DNA from: Desulfurococcaceae archaeon
Lineage (GTDB): Archaea; Thermoproteota; Thermoprotei_A; Sulfolobales; Desulfurococcaceae
Direction of reading: 5' to 3'
Assembly: GCA_038823915.1 (NCBI GenBank)
Contig: JAWBBY010000002.1
Location: forward strand, 49,519-113,518
DNA: 64,000 nucleotides
Position 1 is the first letter of the stretch. Each line of letters opens with the position of its first letter. Position numbers and translations under genes: made by a program. Below, piece by piece: positions 27,958 through 38,348 of this stretch. The notes under the pieces are model-generated. The model made no database searches. It was not told the DNA's origin and saw nothing but the letters and a program-made list of their open reading frames with translations.

Positions 27958-28832
27958 GTGAAACCGGATTCATAGTTGTAATCGAACCAACCACTCCTTT
28001 CTTCAAATGCTTATTTAATGTTAAGAAAGTCTATGCTGTAGAGAGAAGCGAGTTTCAAGAAGTAGCTTTACTAGAACTTGAAGGTTTCGGTAAAGCGTTG
28101 GTTATTGACAAACTCGTCCAGAGCACTGAGGCTGACGAGTATTTATATCATGAATCTCTAGTTCACCCAGCAATGATCCTACATCCAGAACCTAAAAGAG
28201 TTTTAATTATTGGTGGAGGAGAAGGTGCCGCTTTAAGAGAAGTTCTTAAACACAATACCGTTGAGAAAGCCGTTATGGTAGATATAGACAAAGTTGTTGT
28301 CGAGTTCTCCAAGAAATATCTTGATTTTATACATAAAGGTAGTTTTAACGATCCACGAGCAGAGATCGTTATAATGGATGGATTCAAATACATTAAGAAC
28401 GTGGAGAATTCTAGTTTCGATGTCGTAATAATGGATCTCACGGATCCATACGCTAGTGAAATCGCTAAACCAGTATATTCTCTTGAATCTATGAAAGAGA
28501 TTTATCGAATATTGAGTAGTGAAGGTGTTCTAGCTACACAAGCTGGTAATAGTTTCTTCTACAATAAATCCTATAATTACGTATTGAGAAATGTAAAAGA
28601 GGTATTCAAATACACAGCTGAATACTGGGTTTGGATACCTAGTTTTGGATATGCATGTAACTTCATAATAGGTTCTAAAGTATACAATCCTTTAGATATC
28701 GAACCCGAAGTTTTCAACACTAGATTGAGAACTAGAGGTGTTGAAACGAGATTTATTAATGGTGAGAGATACTTCGGATTAATTAAATTGAGAATAGTTA
28801 TGGGAGATTTAGAAAATAGAGATAAGAATTAA
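27954..28832 (+). CDS. speE: Polyamine aminopropyltransferase (spermidine synthase family)
   Basis: SEFQ.V.L.E....GKALVID...Q..E.DE..YHE.LVHP, LIIGGGEGAALREVLKH, V.MVDID and D.TDP motifs. It overlaps the deoC stop by 4 nt. Confidence 0.85.
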   Translation: MSETGFIVVIEPTTPFFKCLFNVKKVYAVERSEFQEVALLELEGFGKALVIDKLVQSTEADEYLYHESLVHPAMILHPEPKRVLIIGGGEGAALREVLKHNTVEKAVMVDIDKVVVEFSKKYLDFIHKGSFNDPRAEIVIMDGFKYIKNVENSSFDVVIMDLTDPYASEIAKPVYSLESMKEIYRILSSEGVLATQAGNSFFYNKSYNYVLRNVKEVFKYTAEYWVWIPSFGYACNFIIGSKVYNPLDIEPEVFNTRLRTRGVETRFINGERYFGLIKLRIVMGDLENRDKN

Positions 28833-28938
28833 TAACCCACTTATCATTTATAATTAATTTCTGCATCTATTTCTCTAACTAATTATCTCCATCTCTTCAT
28901 CTCCGCTCTTTAGCGAATTAATAGAATTAGGTGTTATT

Positions 28939-30024
28939 ATGTACGATCTCGCACTTATCGGTTTAGGTCGAGTAGGTTTTAGAACATTAGATTTCTTGTT
29001 GAAGTGGAAGCCGGATTTAAGAGTATTGGGTATCGATTGTTTAGATCGTTCGAAAACTATTGTTGAGAGAGGTTTCAATATAGATTTCACTAGAATATGT
29101 GAATCAATTGATATTGTAAAGCATTTAGAAGATGTTAAATTAGTAGCAACAGCTTTACCATCAAGTATTGTTTACGATTATGTTAATACACTTATCAATA
29201 ATGGATTCAACGTAATTGATGTTTCATACATTGGTTTTGACCCATATATTTTCAATAATACATGTTTAAACAATAATGTAACGTATGTTCCAGACGCGGG
29301 ATTCGCTCCTGGATTTTCAAACCTTGTTGTCAGTCATTTATCTAGAGAATTAAATGAGCTGGAGAGTGTTGAGATATATGTTGGTGGAATCCCTGTTGAA
29401 CCCAAGCCTCCGTTTTACTATGAGATTACATGGAGTCCTGAAGATTTAATCGAAGAATATACTCGTAGAGCTCACGTAGTTTTCGATAACGAGATCCGAG
29501 AAATAGATCCTCTTGAGAAAATAATTAAAATCGATATACCCGGGCACGGTGTTTTCGAAGGTTTCTATAGCGATGGTTTACATACTCTGCTTAAAAACAT
29601 TAAAGCAAGGAATATGTTTGAAGTAACATTAAGACATCCAGGTCATCTCAATAGAGTTAGAGTTCTTCGTGAACTCGGTTTCTTTGATGATATTAAGATT
29701 AATATTGATGGTATAGAAATCACTCCTAAGAGATTTACAGCCAAACTACTATCGAATAAATTTTCACAATCATCTCCGGATAAAGCAATATTATACGTTA
29801 AAATTAGAGGTGGAGGTTTAACACGTACAGTATTATCGGTTCTAGAGAGAACAGTTGGCTCTGCTACAGTTGATTTCACCTCAGCTGTTTTTGCAGAAAC
29901 AATCATTATTGCATTAGAGAAAGGTTTAGAACCAGGTGTACACCCGTTAGAGGATTTACATATGTATTATGAAGAATACGTGAGGAGGCTTAGAGAGATC
30001 GGTGTTACTATCCTAGAAACATAG
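28939..30024 (+). CDS. Saccharopine dehydrogenase-like NAD(P)-binding oxidoreductase
   Basis: N-terminal Rossmann motif LALIGLGRVGF. The PDAGFAPG..N and later GGIP...P.Y..TWSPE.LIEEY blocks resemble the Sacchrp_dh N- and C-terminal domains (lysine 6-dehydrogenase / carboxy(nor)spermidine dehydrogenase relatives). Confidence 0.55.
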   Translation: MYDLALIGLGRVGFRTLDFLLKWKPDLRVLGIDCLDRSKTIVERGFNIDFTRICESIDIVKHLEDVKLVATALPSSIVYDYVNTLINNGFNVIDVSYIGFDPYIFNNTCLNNNVTYVPDAGFAPGFSNLVVSHLSRELNELESVEIYVGGIPVEPKPPFYYEITWSPEDLIEEYTRRAHVVFDNEIREIDPLEKIIKIDIPGHGVFEGFYSDGLHTLLKNIKARNMFEVTLRHPGHLNRVRVLRELGFFDDIKINIDGIEITPKRFTAKLLSNKFSQSSPDKAILYVKIRGGGLTRTVLSVLERTVGSATVDFTSAVFAETIIIALEKGLEPGVHPLEDLHMYYEEYVRRLREIGVTILET

Positions 30025-30066
30025 TTCACATAACAATACCTATTCGCTCAGTAATTTCTCAATACT

Positions 30067-31224
30067 ATGGTGATCTCTATGAGAAACGTTAAGCCAATAT
30101 ACGCTTCTGCTACAACAATTTACTCCGCTGCTTGGGGAGTTTTATTCTCATTTATAACTAGGTATATAGCTGTAGAACTAAGTGGTGGAGTAAGAGCAAT
30201 CATATTGTTTACTGCACTAAACTGGGGTTTCACGCTTTTCGGTTTATTAGCAGGTAGAATAGCTCATATAATTGGCGAGAAAAGAGTAATTTTACTAGGT
30301 TCAACGTGTTCATTACCAGTTATTGTAGCGATATTTGTCAGAAATCCATTCATATTGTCTATAATTATTTCAACAACTACTATACCATGGGTTTTCATGT
30401 GGTCGGTTCTCGTTAAATTATTCTTTGCAATGGTTAGCGAAAATTATGGTCAAGAATATAGTGAGTACACTATAGGTATGGGTATCGGCTTCTTCATAGG
30501 CTCTACATTAACTGGATTCATCTACGCATTGGGCGGTTCATCAACTGTTTTCATAGCAAGTTCAATATTACTCGCAATTCCACCAATTATGTACTATAAG
30601 TTCTATCCCTTTAATGTCGAATTTGATGAAGAAATCGACCCCAGTATAAAACCAGTAGTTAAGAAACTATGTGGTCCACTATTATCTTTAGCAATCGTAG
30701 TATTTAGCCGTGAATTACTTTACTCAATAGCGCCCAGTAAACTCGATGTTAGTATAGATTCAGTACTACCTGGTTTGGATAATTGGTTGAAATACACCAT
30801 CTATGGAATTATCTACTCCGGGGGAGCTCTAATATCTCCATTCATAAGAGTATTAGTGGGCAAAACTGTGGATTACTTCGGTTCAATTAAAATCTACGTA
30901 TTTACAGTTATTGGATATACAACAATATATTGGTTATTCGTAGAAACACGTGGTTTAATACCAATACTGGTATGGCAAATACCGCTATATCCATTCCTAG
31001 ATATATCGTTCAACGTATATGTTGCTCAAAATCTAGATTCTAGGAATCTAGTCTCCGGATTTGGAGCAACACATGCATTTACAGCAATTGGTGGTTTAAT
31101 GCTCACGCCTATACTGATAGCACAAGATATTAATCTACGTGTAGCTGGATTCATGATTACACTACTGAACACGATATCGATCATACTAATATCCATTACT
31201 AAAACGGAAAAGAATTCAATATAG
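30067..31224 (+). CDS. Major facilitator superfamily-like transporter
   Basis: 385 aa with about 10-12 TM helices in two halves separated by a charged loop (NVEFDEEIDPSIKP). Confidence 0.6.
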   Translation: MVISMRNVKPIYASATTIYSAAWGVLFSFITRYIAVELSGGVRAIILFTALNWGFTLFGLLAGRIAHIIGEKRVILLGSTCSLPVIVAIFVRNPFILSIIISTTTIPWVFMWSVLVKLFFAMVSENYGQEYSEYTIGMGIGFFIGSTLTGFIYALGGSSTVFIASSILLAIPPIMYYKFYPFNVEFDEEIDPSIKPVVKKLCGPLLSLAIVVFSRELLYSIAPSKLDVSIDSVLPGLDNWLKYTIYGIIYSGGALISPFIRVLVGKTVDYFGSIKIYVFTVIGYTTIYWLFVETRGLIPILVWQIPLYPFLDISFNVYVAQNLDSRNLVSGFGATHAFTAIGGLMLTPILIAQDINLRVAGFMITLLNTISIILISITKTEKNSI

Positions 31225-31386
31225 ATCTCTAGTATCTAACGTAAATTAAATTTAGAACCCATCTGTTTATACTATTGAGTTATAATAGATCATTAATTAT
31301 AGCGTAAATGTATAGCGGATATGTTAAATTAACAACCTAACTATATTAATAGTACTTAGGATTTCTGTATTGGTGACTCAGTATTT

Positions 31387-31644
31387 ATGACTCTTTTAAA
31401 ACTCATAATAGGTTTCATAATAGCACTCATTATATTGATTATAATACCATTAATAATTATTGGTGCGATAATAGCAACTCTACTAATATTTCTCTTTTCA
31501 ACACCCATATTATTAATACTCCTACTACTCCTCTTATTCGGGTTTTTATCAATAGGTAGAGGTATCATTAAGATCCTTGTAGGTGCAGCTGCATTTGCAT
31601 TAATACTTCTCGGCGCTATTCTATTACTGATGATTCTACTCTAA
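31387..31644 (+). CDS. Very hydrophobic small membrane protein (tentative)
   Basis: 85 aa that is almost entirely I/L/A/G, with about 3 TM helices. The composition is so biased that the antisense frame is also open (31356..31568), so coding status is uncertain. Confidence 0.35.
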   Translation: MTLLKLIIGFIIALIILIIIPLIIIGAIIATLLIFLFSTPILLILLLLLLFGFLSIGRGIIKILVGAAAFALILLGAILLLMILL

Positions 31645-31645
31645 A

Positions 31646-32344
31646 CTACTCGGATTCCTCTACTTTACTTAAAGGCTCTAATTTTACTTTCTCTCTCAAA
31701 GCATTAATTATTCTAATAGCTTCATCATAACTAGTATGAATACCTTTCTGAATAACTTTACCCAACTCTTCTTTAAGAGCATCCTCTAGAGATTTACCGG
31801 CGTAGTCGATAACTGTTTTTTCGAAATGAACAGGTGTTGGCTCCAATATTGATGCTTTCTTCAATACAGCTTTGTTACCATTTAAAACATAGATAGATAC
31901 AGCACCTATTTCTTTATCACCAATTTTTATAGCGTATATTAGGTCTCCATCAATAGTTTCACCAATTTTCTCAATACTATATGATACTATGCCTGTTGAC
32001 AATTCCTCAGCTATTGGAATGAATTTTTCGAGATAAACCTTAATTTGGTCTTCAGGCATTTTCTTATAAACTACTATTTGTAAAGTATCCCATTTCCACG
32101 TAATGCTCTTATTAACTTCGTCGAACTCGTAGTCTATCATTATTTTAATACCATCGTCTTTCGATAATTTAATATCCTCGATTAGTAGTGTGAATAAAGC
32201 TCTATTTAGTCTAGCAACATAGTAATTAATTTTTTTAGCAACCTCCTTATCTCTAGCAAACTCCTTTAACTGAGCAAAAACTGTTTTCCTAATTTTATCG
32301 GCATAAATAGCTGCATATATTAAACCGGTATTTAAGCGAGGCAT
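31646..32344 (-). CDS. Conserved-looking archaeal hypothetical protein
   Basis: 232-aa soluble ORF (MPRLNTGLIYAAIYADKIRKTVFAQL...). I cannot assign a family with confidence. Confidence 0.5.
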   Translation of the reverse strand: MPRLNTGLIYAAIYADKIRKTVFAQLKEFARDKEVAKKINYYVARLNRALFTLLIEDIKLSKDDGIKIMIDYEFDEVNKSITWKWDTLQIVVYKKMPEDQIKVYLEKFIPIAEELSTGIVSYSIEKIGETIDGDLIYAIKIGDKEIGAVSIYVLNGNKAVLKKASILEPTPVHFEKTVIDYAGKSLEDALKEELGKVIQKGIHTSYDEAIRIINALREKVKLEPLSKVEESE

Positions 32345-32471
32345 AATCTCAACCTACTTAATAATATGTAAGTTTTGAATACGTAATTAATTTATTTATG
32401 AGGAAAACAATAATTGTATTATGCCAATAATGTAAATATTAACGTATTGAATACTCAGAACGTGATGGAGG

Positions 32472-33407
32472 TTGGGATTAAGAGAAATTAATGATGAAAT
32501 ACTTAGAATAGTTGAAGAAACCAAACAAGGAGTAGTTACCGTTATAACCGAAACTCCACATATTTCTCTATTCTACGGATACACGCCTATTAGAAATGTT
32601 GGTTCTGGATTCGCTGTTGATAAGAACTTCGTTGTAACAAATGCACATGTTGTTAGAAACGCAACTAGAGTTAATGTAGTGGCTTGGAATGGAGATGTTG
32701 ATACAGCTGAAGTAGTTGCTTCAGATCCTTCGAGAGATTTAGCATTACTCTCTACAACCATGAGTTTAAAACCTCTTAAACTAGGCGATTCCGATAAAAT
32801 CAGAGCTGGAGAAATCGTATTAGCCCTTGGCTCACCACTTGGTTTACCGGGTTTATCAGTAACGTTGGGGGTTATTAGTGCTACGGGAAGAACTTTCGTA
32901 GGGCAAGATATCATTCTCGAAGACTTGATCCAAACAGATGCAGCTATTAATCCAGGTAATAGCGGTGGACCAATTATTAATCTAGAAGGCGAAGCTATTG
33001 GCGTTGCAACAGCCGTAATACCTTATGCTCAAGGTATTGGATTCGCTATACCTATCTCAACCGTTAAGAGATTTCTACATGTTTTATCAAAATACGGTAG
33101 AGTTGTTAGAGCATGGATTGGTGTTTACGTAGCCGAAGTTGATAAGAGGGTAGCATCAATATATAGGCTACCCGTTAGTGAAGGATTACTCATTGTTAAA
33201 GTAGTTCCAGGTAGCCCAGCTTACTACGCTGAACTATATGAGGGGGACGTTATAGTTAGAGTTAATGGAAAACCAGTGAGGAAGACTAAAGAATTAAGAG
33301 AAGCTATTGAAGATAACATAGACAGGGGATTTGTTGAACTCGAAATCGCTAGGAGAGGTAAGAAATTCAGTATTAATGTTCCAATAGCTGTTGAGGAACT
33401 GGGTTAA
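32472..33407 (+). CDS. htrA: HtrA/DegP-family serine protease with C-terminal PDZ domain
   Basis: Catalytic triad contexts GSGF..D....VTNAHVV (His), DLALL (Asp) and GNSGGP (Ser). The C-terminal part is PDZ-like (GLLIVKVVPGSPA....L..GDVIV.VNG). Confidence 0.85.
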   Translation: MGLREINDEILRIVEETKQGVVTVITETPHISLFYGYTPIRNVGSGFAVDKNFVVTNAHVVRNATRVNVVAWNGDVDTAEVVASDPSRDLALLSTTMSLKPLKLGDSDKIRAGEIVLALGSPLGLPGLSVTLGVISATGRTFVGQDIILEDLIQTDAAINPGNSGGPIINLEGEAIGVATAVIPYAQGIGFAIPISTVKRFLHVLSKYGRVVRAWIGVYVAEVDKRVASIYRLPVSEGLLIVKVVPGSPAYYAELYEGDVIVRVNGKPVRKTKELREAIEDNIDRGFVELEIARRGKKFSINVPIAVEELG

Positions 33408-33433
33408 ACGTAGTTAAACAACTATTATAGCCG

Positions 33434-33766
33434 TTAAAGAATATCGTTGAGTGATTTGGGTTCTCCAGGTCTTAAAGAACCGTATTTTTCGATAATTTTC
33501 CTTCTCAAATTCTCGCTTAAATTGTAACAACCAGTTGCTCTCTCTAAATAACCCTTCTCAACTAATCTAGCAATAGCTTTATTAATTTCCATTTCTATCA
33601 CGGGGTCGTCGAATTCCGAAACTAAATCTGGATCTCTTAATCTCTTAACTTCTTCTCTCAAATCAATAACAGCAATTATTTCTCCAACACTAATATGACG
33701 TACAAAATACTCTAATATAAGTTTCTCTAATTTCGATAATTCACGTATCAAGATGTATAGCACCAT
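33434..33766 (-). CDS. Small hypothetical protein (possible winged helix)
   Basis: 110-aa ORF. KAIARLVEKGYLERA resembles a recognition helix plus wing. No family recognised. Confidence 0.45.
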   Translation of the reverse strand: MVLYILIRELSKLEKLILEYFVRHISVGEIIAVIDLREEVKRLRDPDLVSEFDDPVIEMEINKAIARLVEKGYLERATGCYNLSENLRRKIIEKYGSLRPGEPKSLNDIL

Positions 33767-33879
33767 TATACAATAGTTTAATCGATTCCTAGTAGAATGT
33801 AAAACATTAATGAAGCATTATTAATATCAATAATTCGAGATACTCCCTTAACAGCATGTAAAGGTATAGTTATCATTTA

Positions 33880-34671
33880 TTGGCGTCGTCTATGAAGATA
33901 CTACATATTTGGAATACGGCTGGTGTTGCCAGTACTTTAGCTAAATTTATGGATAGGATATACGGATCTAGAAGTACAGTTATTTATAGAAGGGTTTTCG
34001 ATAAATTCGGCCATACAATTTATGGGGAATTAAAGGATTGCGGAGCTAAGGAATTCGTTCTTAGAGCTGTTCTGAGGTCTTTGAAGTACGATATCATACA
34101 TATACATAGTTTAGATAAACTTGTACCTATCATTAGAATACTGAATCCACGTAAACCAATAGTTTTACACTATCACGGTAGTGAGATTAGAGGTAAGTGG
34201 ATGATTAGGAAGAAGTTCTGGAATATTCCAAATGTTGTTGTTCTGGTTTCTACTAAAGATCTTTTGAATGGTGCTCCGGAACATGTGATCTATTTGCCTA
34301 ACCCCGTAGATACAGATATTTTCCGCCCGAACCCAGCTATCGTTCGAAAAACGCGATCTGCACTAGCTTTCCGATACTATATTGATGAAGTTAAAGTTAG
34401 GAAATATGCTGAGAAGTATGGTTTAGAATTAACTATACTTGAACGTGAATATCCCTATCTCGAGATGCCTAGGCTTCTGAGTAGTTACGAGTTCTTTATT
34501 GATAGAACGGAGATTCCATCATTGAGTAAAACTGCTTTAGAAGCATTAGCTTGTGGAACTAAAGTTATTCGTTGGGATGGTGAAATAATAGATCATTTGC
34601 CTGAAGAGCATAAACCAGAAAATGTTGTTAGAAAATTATATGACATATATAGGATAATGATTGAAAAGTAG
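33880..34671 (+). CDS. Hypothetical protein, possibly glycosyltransferase-like (GT-B half)
   Basis: 263 aa. MKILHIWNTAGVAS...IHIHS...LHYHGSEIRG is reminiscent of GT-B N-terminal domains. The call is weak. The likely start is ATG 33892. Confidence 0.4.
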   Translation: MASSMKILHIWNTAGVASTLAKFMDRIYGSRSTVIYRRVFDKFGHTIYGELKDCGAKEFVLRAVLRSLKYDIIHIHSLDKLVPIIRILNPRKPIVLHYHGSEIRGKWMIRKKFWNIPNVVVLVSTKDLLNGAPEHVIYLPNPVDTDIFRPNPAIVRKTRSALAFRYYIDEVKVRKYAEKYGLELTILEREYPYLEMPRLLSSYEFFIDRTEIPSLSKTALEALACGTKVIRWDGEIIDHLPEEHKPENVVRKLYDIYRIMIEK

Positions 34672-34714
34672 TATTAAACCTATTATGGTTCTCGAAATTC
34701 GCTATAGAACACTA

Positions 34715-35779
34715 CTATATATGACATAATCCGTATATCAATATATGTTCTCCACAGAATGGACATCTATATTTACCACAACTATATGTTAATCTAAATT
34801 CTAGAACTCTATAACGGCTCCTATATATCAATATTTTACCGCATTTTGGACATTTCGTTGATTCATATATTTCATTAAAAATATTACCTATATAGACGTA
34901 TTTCAACCCCATTTCTCTAGCATAACGATGTATTTCAATGAGTTTCTCTACCGGTGTTGGAGGCTCTCTCCATCTATGTGCAGGGTAATACCTGTTTATG
35001 TGTAGTGGTGTATCGTATCCTAAGTAATCAATATGTTTATTAATTATCCATTCATAGCATTCCCGGTAATCATTAGTATTTGTAACAACTAAATAAACTA
35101 TTTCAACGTGTCCTCCACGATCCAGAACATATTTGGCATTTCTAAAGACAACCTCATGATCGATCCCTACAAGTGCTTTACTCATGCTTGGACAACCCTT
35201 GATATCTGCTGAGAAACCATCAATTCCAGATTCAATAGCTTTCTTCAAACTACTCGTTGTAAAATACATGTTCGTTACAACCATGCTGTAAAGCCCGTAT
35301 TTCTTAGCTTCGATAGTCGCGTCTATAACGTATTGGAACTGAGTTAAGGGTTCATTGAAACTCGCAGATAATCCATGGACATTCCTAGCTAGCGCTAATC
35401 TAACTAAGTCTTGTGGCGATAAATATGGTGATTGAACGGGTATTTTCGAGAAACTAATATGGTCGTTTTGACACCAAGGACAGTAGAAGTTGCATCCATA
35501 ATTACTATATGTTAACGCTAAACTACCCGGGTAGTAGTGATACAATGGTTTTATTTCAATTGGTCTAACTTCAACATGCGATAATTTACCATAACCAATA
35601 TGGTGTAGACGACCATTAATGTTCTCATAATTACCGCATACGCTTCTAACATTAGTTTTAAGTATACATTTTCTTTCACAAATAAGGCATTTAACATAAT
35701 TATCTGTTCTCTCGTAAAGTTCATTATCAACAGGTTTTCCAATTGAATTATAAATATTATAAATATTATCCATATTCAA
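34715..35779 (-). CDS. AmmeMemoRadiSam-system radical SAM enzyme (PFL-activase-like)
   Basis: N-terminal CLICERKC...C cluster, IEIKPLYHYYPGS, the radical SAM motif GCNFYCPWCQN, and a C-terminal zinc ribbon CPKCG...CPFCG. This matches the family layout as I know it. Confidence 0.75.
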   Translation of the reverse strand: MNMDNIYNIYNSIGKPVDNELYERTDNYVKCLICERKCILKTNVRSVCGNYENINGRLHHIGYGKLSHVEVRPIEIKPLYHYYPGSLALTYSNYGCNFYCPWCQNDHISFSKIPVQSPYLSPQDLVRLALARNVHGLSASFNEPLTQFQYVIDATIEAKKYGLYSMVVTNMYFTTSSLKKAIESGIDGFSADIKGCPSMSKALVGIDHEVVFRNAKYVLDRGGHVEIVYLVVTNTNDYRECYEWIINKHIDYLGYDTPLHINRYYPAHRWREPPTPVEKLIEIHRYAREMGLKYVYIGNIFNEIYESTKCPKCGKILIYRSRYRVLEFRLTYSCGKYRCPFCGEHILIYGLCHI

Positions 35780-35806
35780 ACCCGTAACCCATTAATAAGT
35801 GTGGAT

Positions 35807-36676
35807 TTAAGTGGTTAAACAGGGTTTAACAGTTAGAAAACCTCCAATGGTCTCGATGAATTTAACTTCTATGAAACCAGCTTTTCTAAGCCTATCGCTT
35901 ATTCCTCTCAATAACCTACCCGATAACGGTTCTCCAGTATAGTGAAACATTTTACCACATGGTTTTAGAACTCTAAATAACTCTGTATAGAATTCAAAAC
36001 TATATAGAGAACCAGTTGAACTGGTGAATCGCGGAGGATCATGTATAATCTTATCAAAAACTTCATCATCGATACTCCTGATTAATTCAGTAATATCGCC
36101 TTTAACTATATGGATTTCTCTACGTGATAAACTTCTACTCCAGGGATTTCTCTCGGCAACCCATATAACATTAGGGTCTATTTCAAAAGTATATACTTCA
36201 GCAGCACCTCTGAGAATAGAGTTTATAGCTGTATACCCCAAACCCATACATGTATCTAGAACAATATCGTTCTTCCTAACACCCACTACTTTGACTTTAC
36301 TTGCCGCATCCCTCCACGGGTCTAAACCAGTTATTCTATGCATGTGAATACCGTTTATCTCTAGTGTTGGAGAGAGATCTATACCGATAGCTTTAAGTTT
36401 ATAGTAACCACCATTTCTTACTTCAATAACGTAACAATCATTGTTCTCGCAGAACGTGATCTTATCTTCAGACCCAGGATCTATATCGTTTAACTCAAAC
36501 ATCTTTCCATTTACAACGATGTAATTTTCATAAACATATACTTCTCTATAAGTTAAACCAAGGTCAAGAGTAGTATTTACAATACCCCTGTTTTTTCTTA
36601 AATAATTGATTAAATATCCTGAAAACCATAATCCTGTTCTAGGTTTAAAATCTACTTCTTTAATTCCATTAATCAA
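35807..36676 (-). CDS. Class I SAM-dependent methyltransferase (archaeal COG2521-like)
   Basis: SAM-binding DTCMGLGYTAI, acidic E at FEID, and a DPPRF motif (D/N-PP-F/Y type). Confidence 0.65.
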   Translation of the reverse strand: MINGIKEVDFKPRTGLWFSGYLINYLRKNRGIVNTTLDLGLTYREVYVYENYIVVNGKMFELNDIDPGSEDKITFCENNDCYVIEVRNGGYYKLKAIGIDLSPTLEINGIHMHRITGLDPWRDAASKVKVVGVRKNDIVLDTCMGLGYTAINSILRGAAEVYTFEIDPNVIWVAERNPWSRSLSRREIHIVKGDITELIRSIDDEVFDKIIHDPPRFTSSTGSLYSFEFYTELFRVLKPCGKMFHYTGEPLSGRLLRGISDRLRKAGFIEVKFIETIGGFLTVKPCLTT

Positions 36677-36815
36677 AAAATCACACTCTTATTCATAAAT
36701 AGATCCTTATAGGTAGGTAATCTTGATATTCATAAGAACGATTCTCTAAGCTGAAATATATATGTTACTTAATAAAATTGTCTAAAGAGATATTTTGATT
36801 TAAAAATATCGATGA

Positions 36816-37235
36816 TTAAAACTGCTGTGAACCAAGTTTTGGTCTATAGGCAATACCATAATTTATTATTCCATAATCACCAGCTTCACTAACTCTTCTA
36901 AGAACAGGCTCCATAACCATGTTTTCGCTAAGCTCTTCTGGTAATACATCGGTTAATCTAGATATTAGTTTAACCTTACTGTTAATCGTCTCTAGTAAAC
37001 CTATTAGTAAAGGTTTTTGATGCGATAAGCCGCTTGGAGGACTATATATCGCTGTCCATGAGAGTAGCCTAGCGTCTTCATCAACGAGATTTACACTCGT
37101 TATATTCCTAGAACCACATGCTCTACACACGTTTGAAGCAGGAAATAGTGTTTTACCACAATCTAGGCATTTCGTTGCTTTCAATAAGTAATGACCATTC
37201 CTCTCTCTCCAAGCTCTCGGTAAGGAGTAGAACAT
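36816..37235 (-). CDS. DUF35 protein (zinc ribbon plus OB fold), scaffold partner of HMG-CoA synthase/thiolase
   Basis: The CLDCGKTLFPASNVCRACGS rubredoxin-like ribbon is followed by an OB-like segment. It lies immediately downstream of the HMG-CoA synthase gene (6-nt spacer). Confidence 0.75.
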   Translation of the reverse strand: MFYSLPRAWRERNGHYLLKATKCLDCGKTLFPASNVCRACGSRNITSVNLVDEDARLLSWTAIYSPPSGLSHQKPLLIGLLETINSKVKLISRLTDVLPEELSENMVMEPVLRRVSEAGDYGIINYGIAYRPKLGSQQF

Positions 37236-37241
37236 TATTCA

Positions 37242-38300
37242 TCACTCCTGTATTCTCGATATTAATCCTCTAAATTTAGAGTAGGTTGCGTAATCAATAT
37301 ATGTTTTCCTAGCTAAGTAATCATCTACTTTTGGAGCGAGATCCTTCTTTTCCAATACTTTATCCGTAACTAATATGCTGAACGCATCGCTACCTGCACC
37401 GCTACCGAATGGTGCTAATAATACTCTATCTCCAGGTTGAGCTATTTCAAGTACTCTTGCAAAACCTATTAATGCCGAGGAATTATAGCTATTACCTATT
37501 ATTGGTGTCAATAAACCCGGTTTAACTTGCTCAGTTGTGAATCCCAATATTCTAGCTACACTCAGAGGGAACTTACCATTGGGCTGGTGAAACACAGCAT
37601 ATTTGAAATCACTCGGTTTTAAACCTGTTTCTTCGAACAATTTCTTAACAGCGTTAATGATGTGATTGAAATACGCTGGTTCACCAGTAAATGCTTCTCC
37701 ATGTAGTGGATATGGAGAACCATCTCTACGCCAGAAATCAGTAGTATCGCTAGTATAGCTAACACTAGCTTCAAAAACAGCTACGGATTCGTTTGAAGGA
37801 CCTATCACTAGCGCTGTTGCAGCTGATGAGGCTGAGAACTCCAATACATTACCTGGATTAGCTTGAGCAGTATCTGAACCTATAACCAATGTGTAATTAA
37901 CTAAACCTGATTCTACAACACCTATACTGATCCTGATGGCTTCACTAGCTGCTCTACAAGCAAACTCTAAGTCGGAACTAAGCTTAGTTCTAGGAAGTCC
38001 AAGTGCCTCGGCAATTATAACGGCTGATGGTTTAACAGCATATGGTTTAGATTCAGTACCAACCCAAACAGCACCTATCTTATTCTTATCAATACCTGCT
38101 CTCTTCAGAGCATTCCTAGCTGCTTCCCAACCCATCGTAACAACATCTTCATCAATACCTGCAACAGCTTTCTCCTCCAAACCGATCTCTTGAGGAGATT
38201 TTGGATGAAAACCCCAGATTCTAGCTATTTCGGATGCTTTAACTCTCCATCTAGGTATATAAACGCCCCAGCCGATTACTCCAGCCAAATCAAGCACCAC
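37242..38300 (-). CDS. Hydroxymethylglutaryl-CoA synthase (archaeal type)
   Basis: GV.EKAVAGIDEDVVTM..EAA..AL, VGTESKPYAVKPSA, the active Cys context LEFACRAASEA, FHQPNGKF and GNSYNSS. GTG start at 38300. Confidence 0.85.
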   Translation of the reverse strand: MVLDLAGVIGWGVYIPRWRVKASEIARIWGFHPKSPQEIGLEEKAVAGIDEDVVTMGWEAARNALKRAGIDKNKIGAVWVGTESKPYAVKPSAVIIAEALGLPRTKLSSDLEFACRAASEAIRISIGVVESGLVNYTLVIGSDTAQANPGNVLEFSASSAATALVIGPSNESVAVFEASVSYTSDTTDFWRRDGSPYPLHGEAFTGEPAYFNHIINAVKKLFEETGLKPSDFKYAVFHQPNGKFPLSVARILGFTTEQVKPGLLTPIIGNSYNSSALIGFARVLEIAQPGDRVLLAPFGSGAGSDAFSILVTDKVLEKKDLAPKVDDYLARKTYIDYATYSKFRGLISRIQE

Positions 38301-38348
38301 GATAATGTTTCTTTAACGTGAAGTAGAATAAGCAATTGAATTTAAAAA

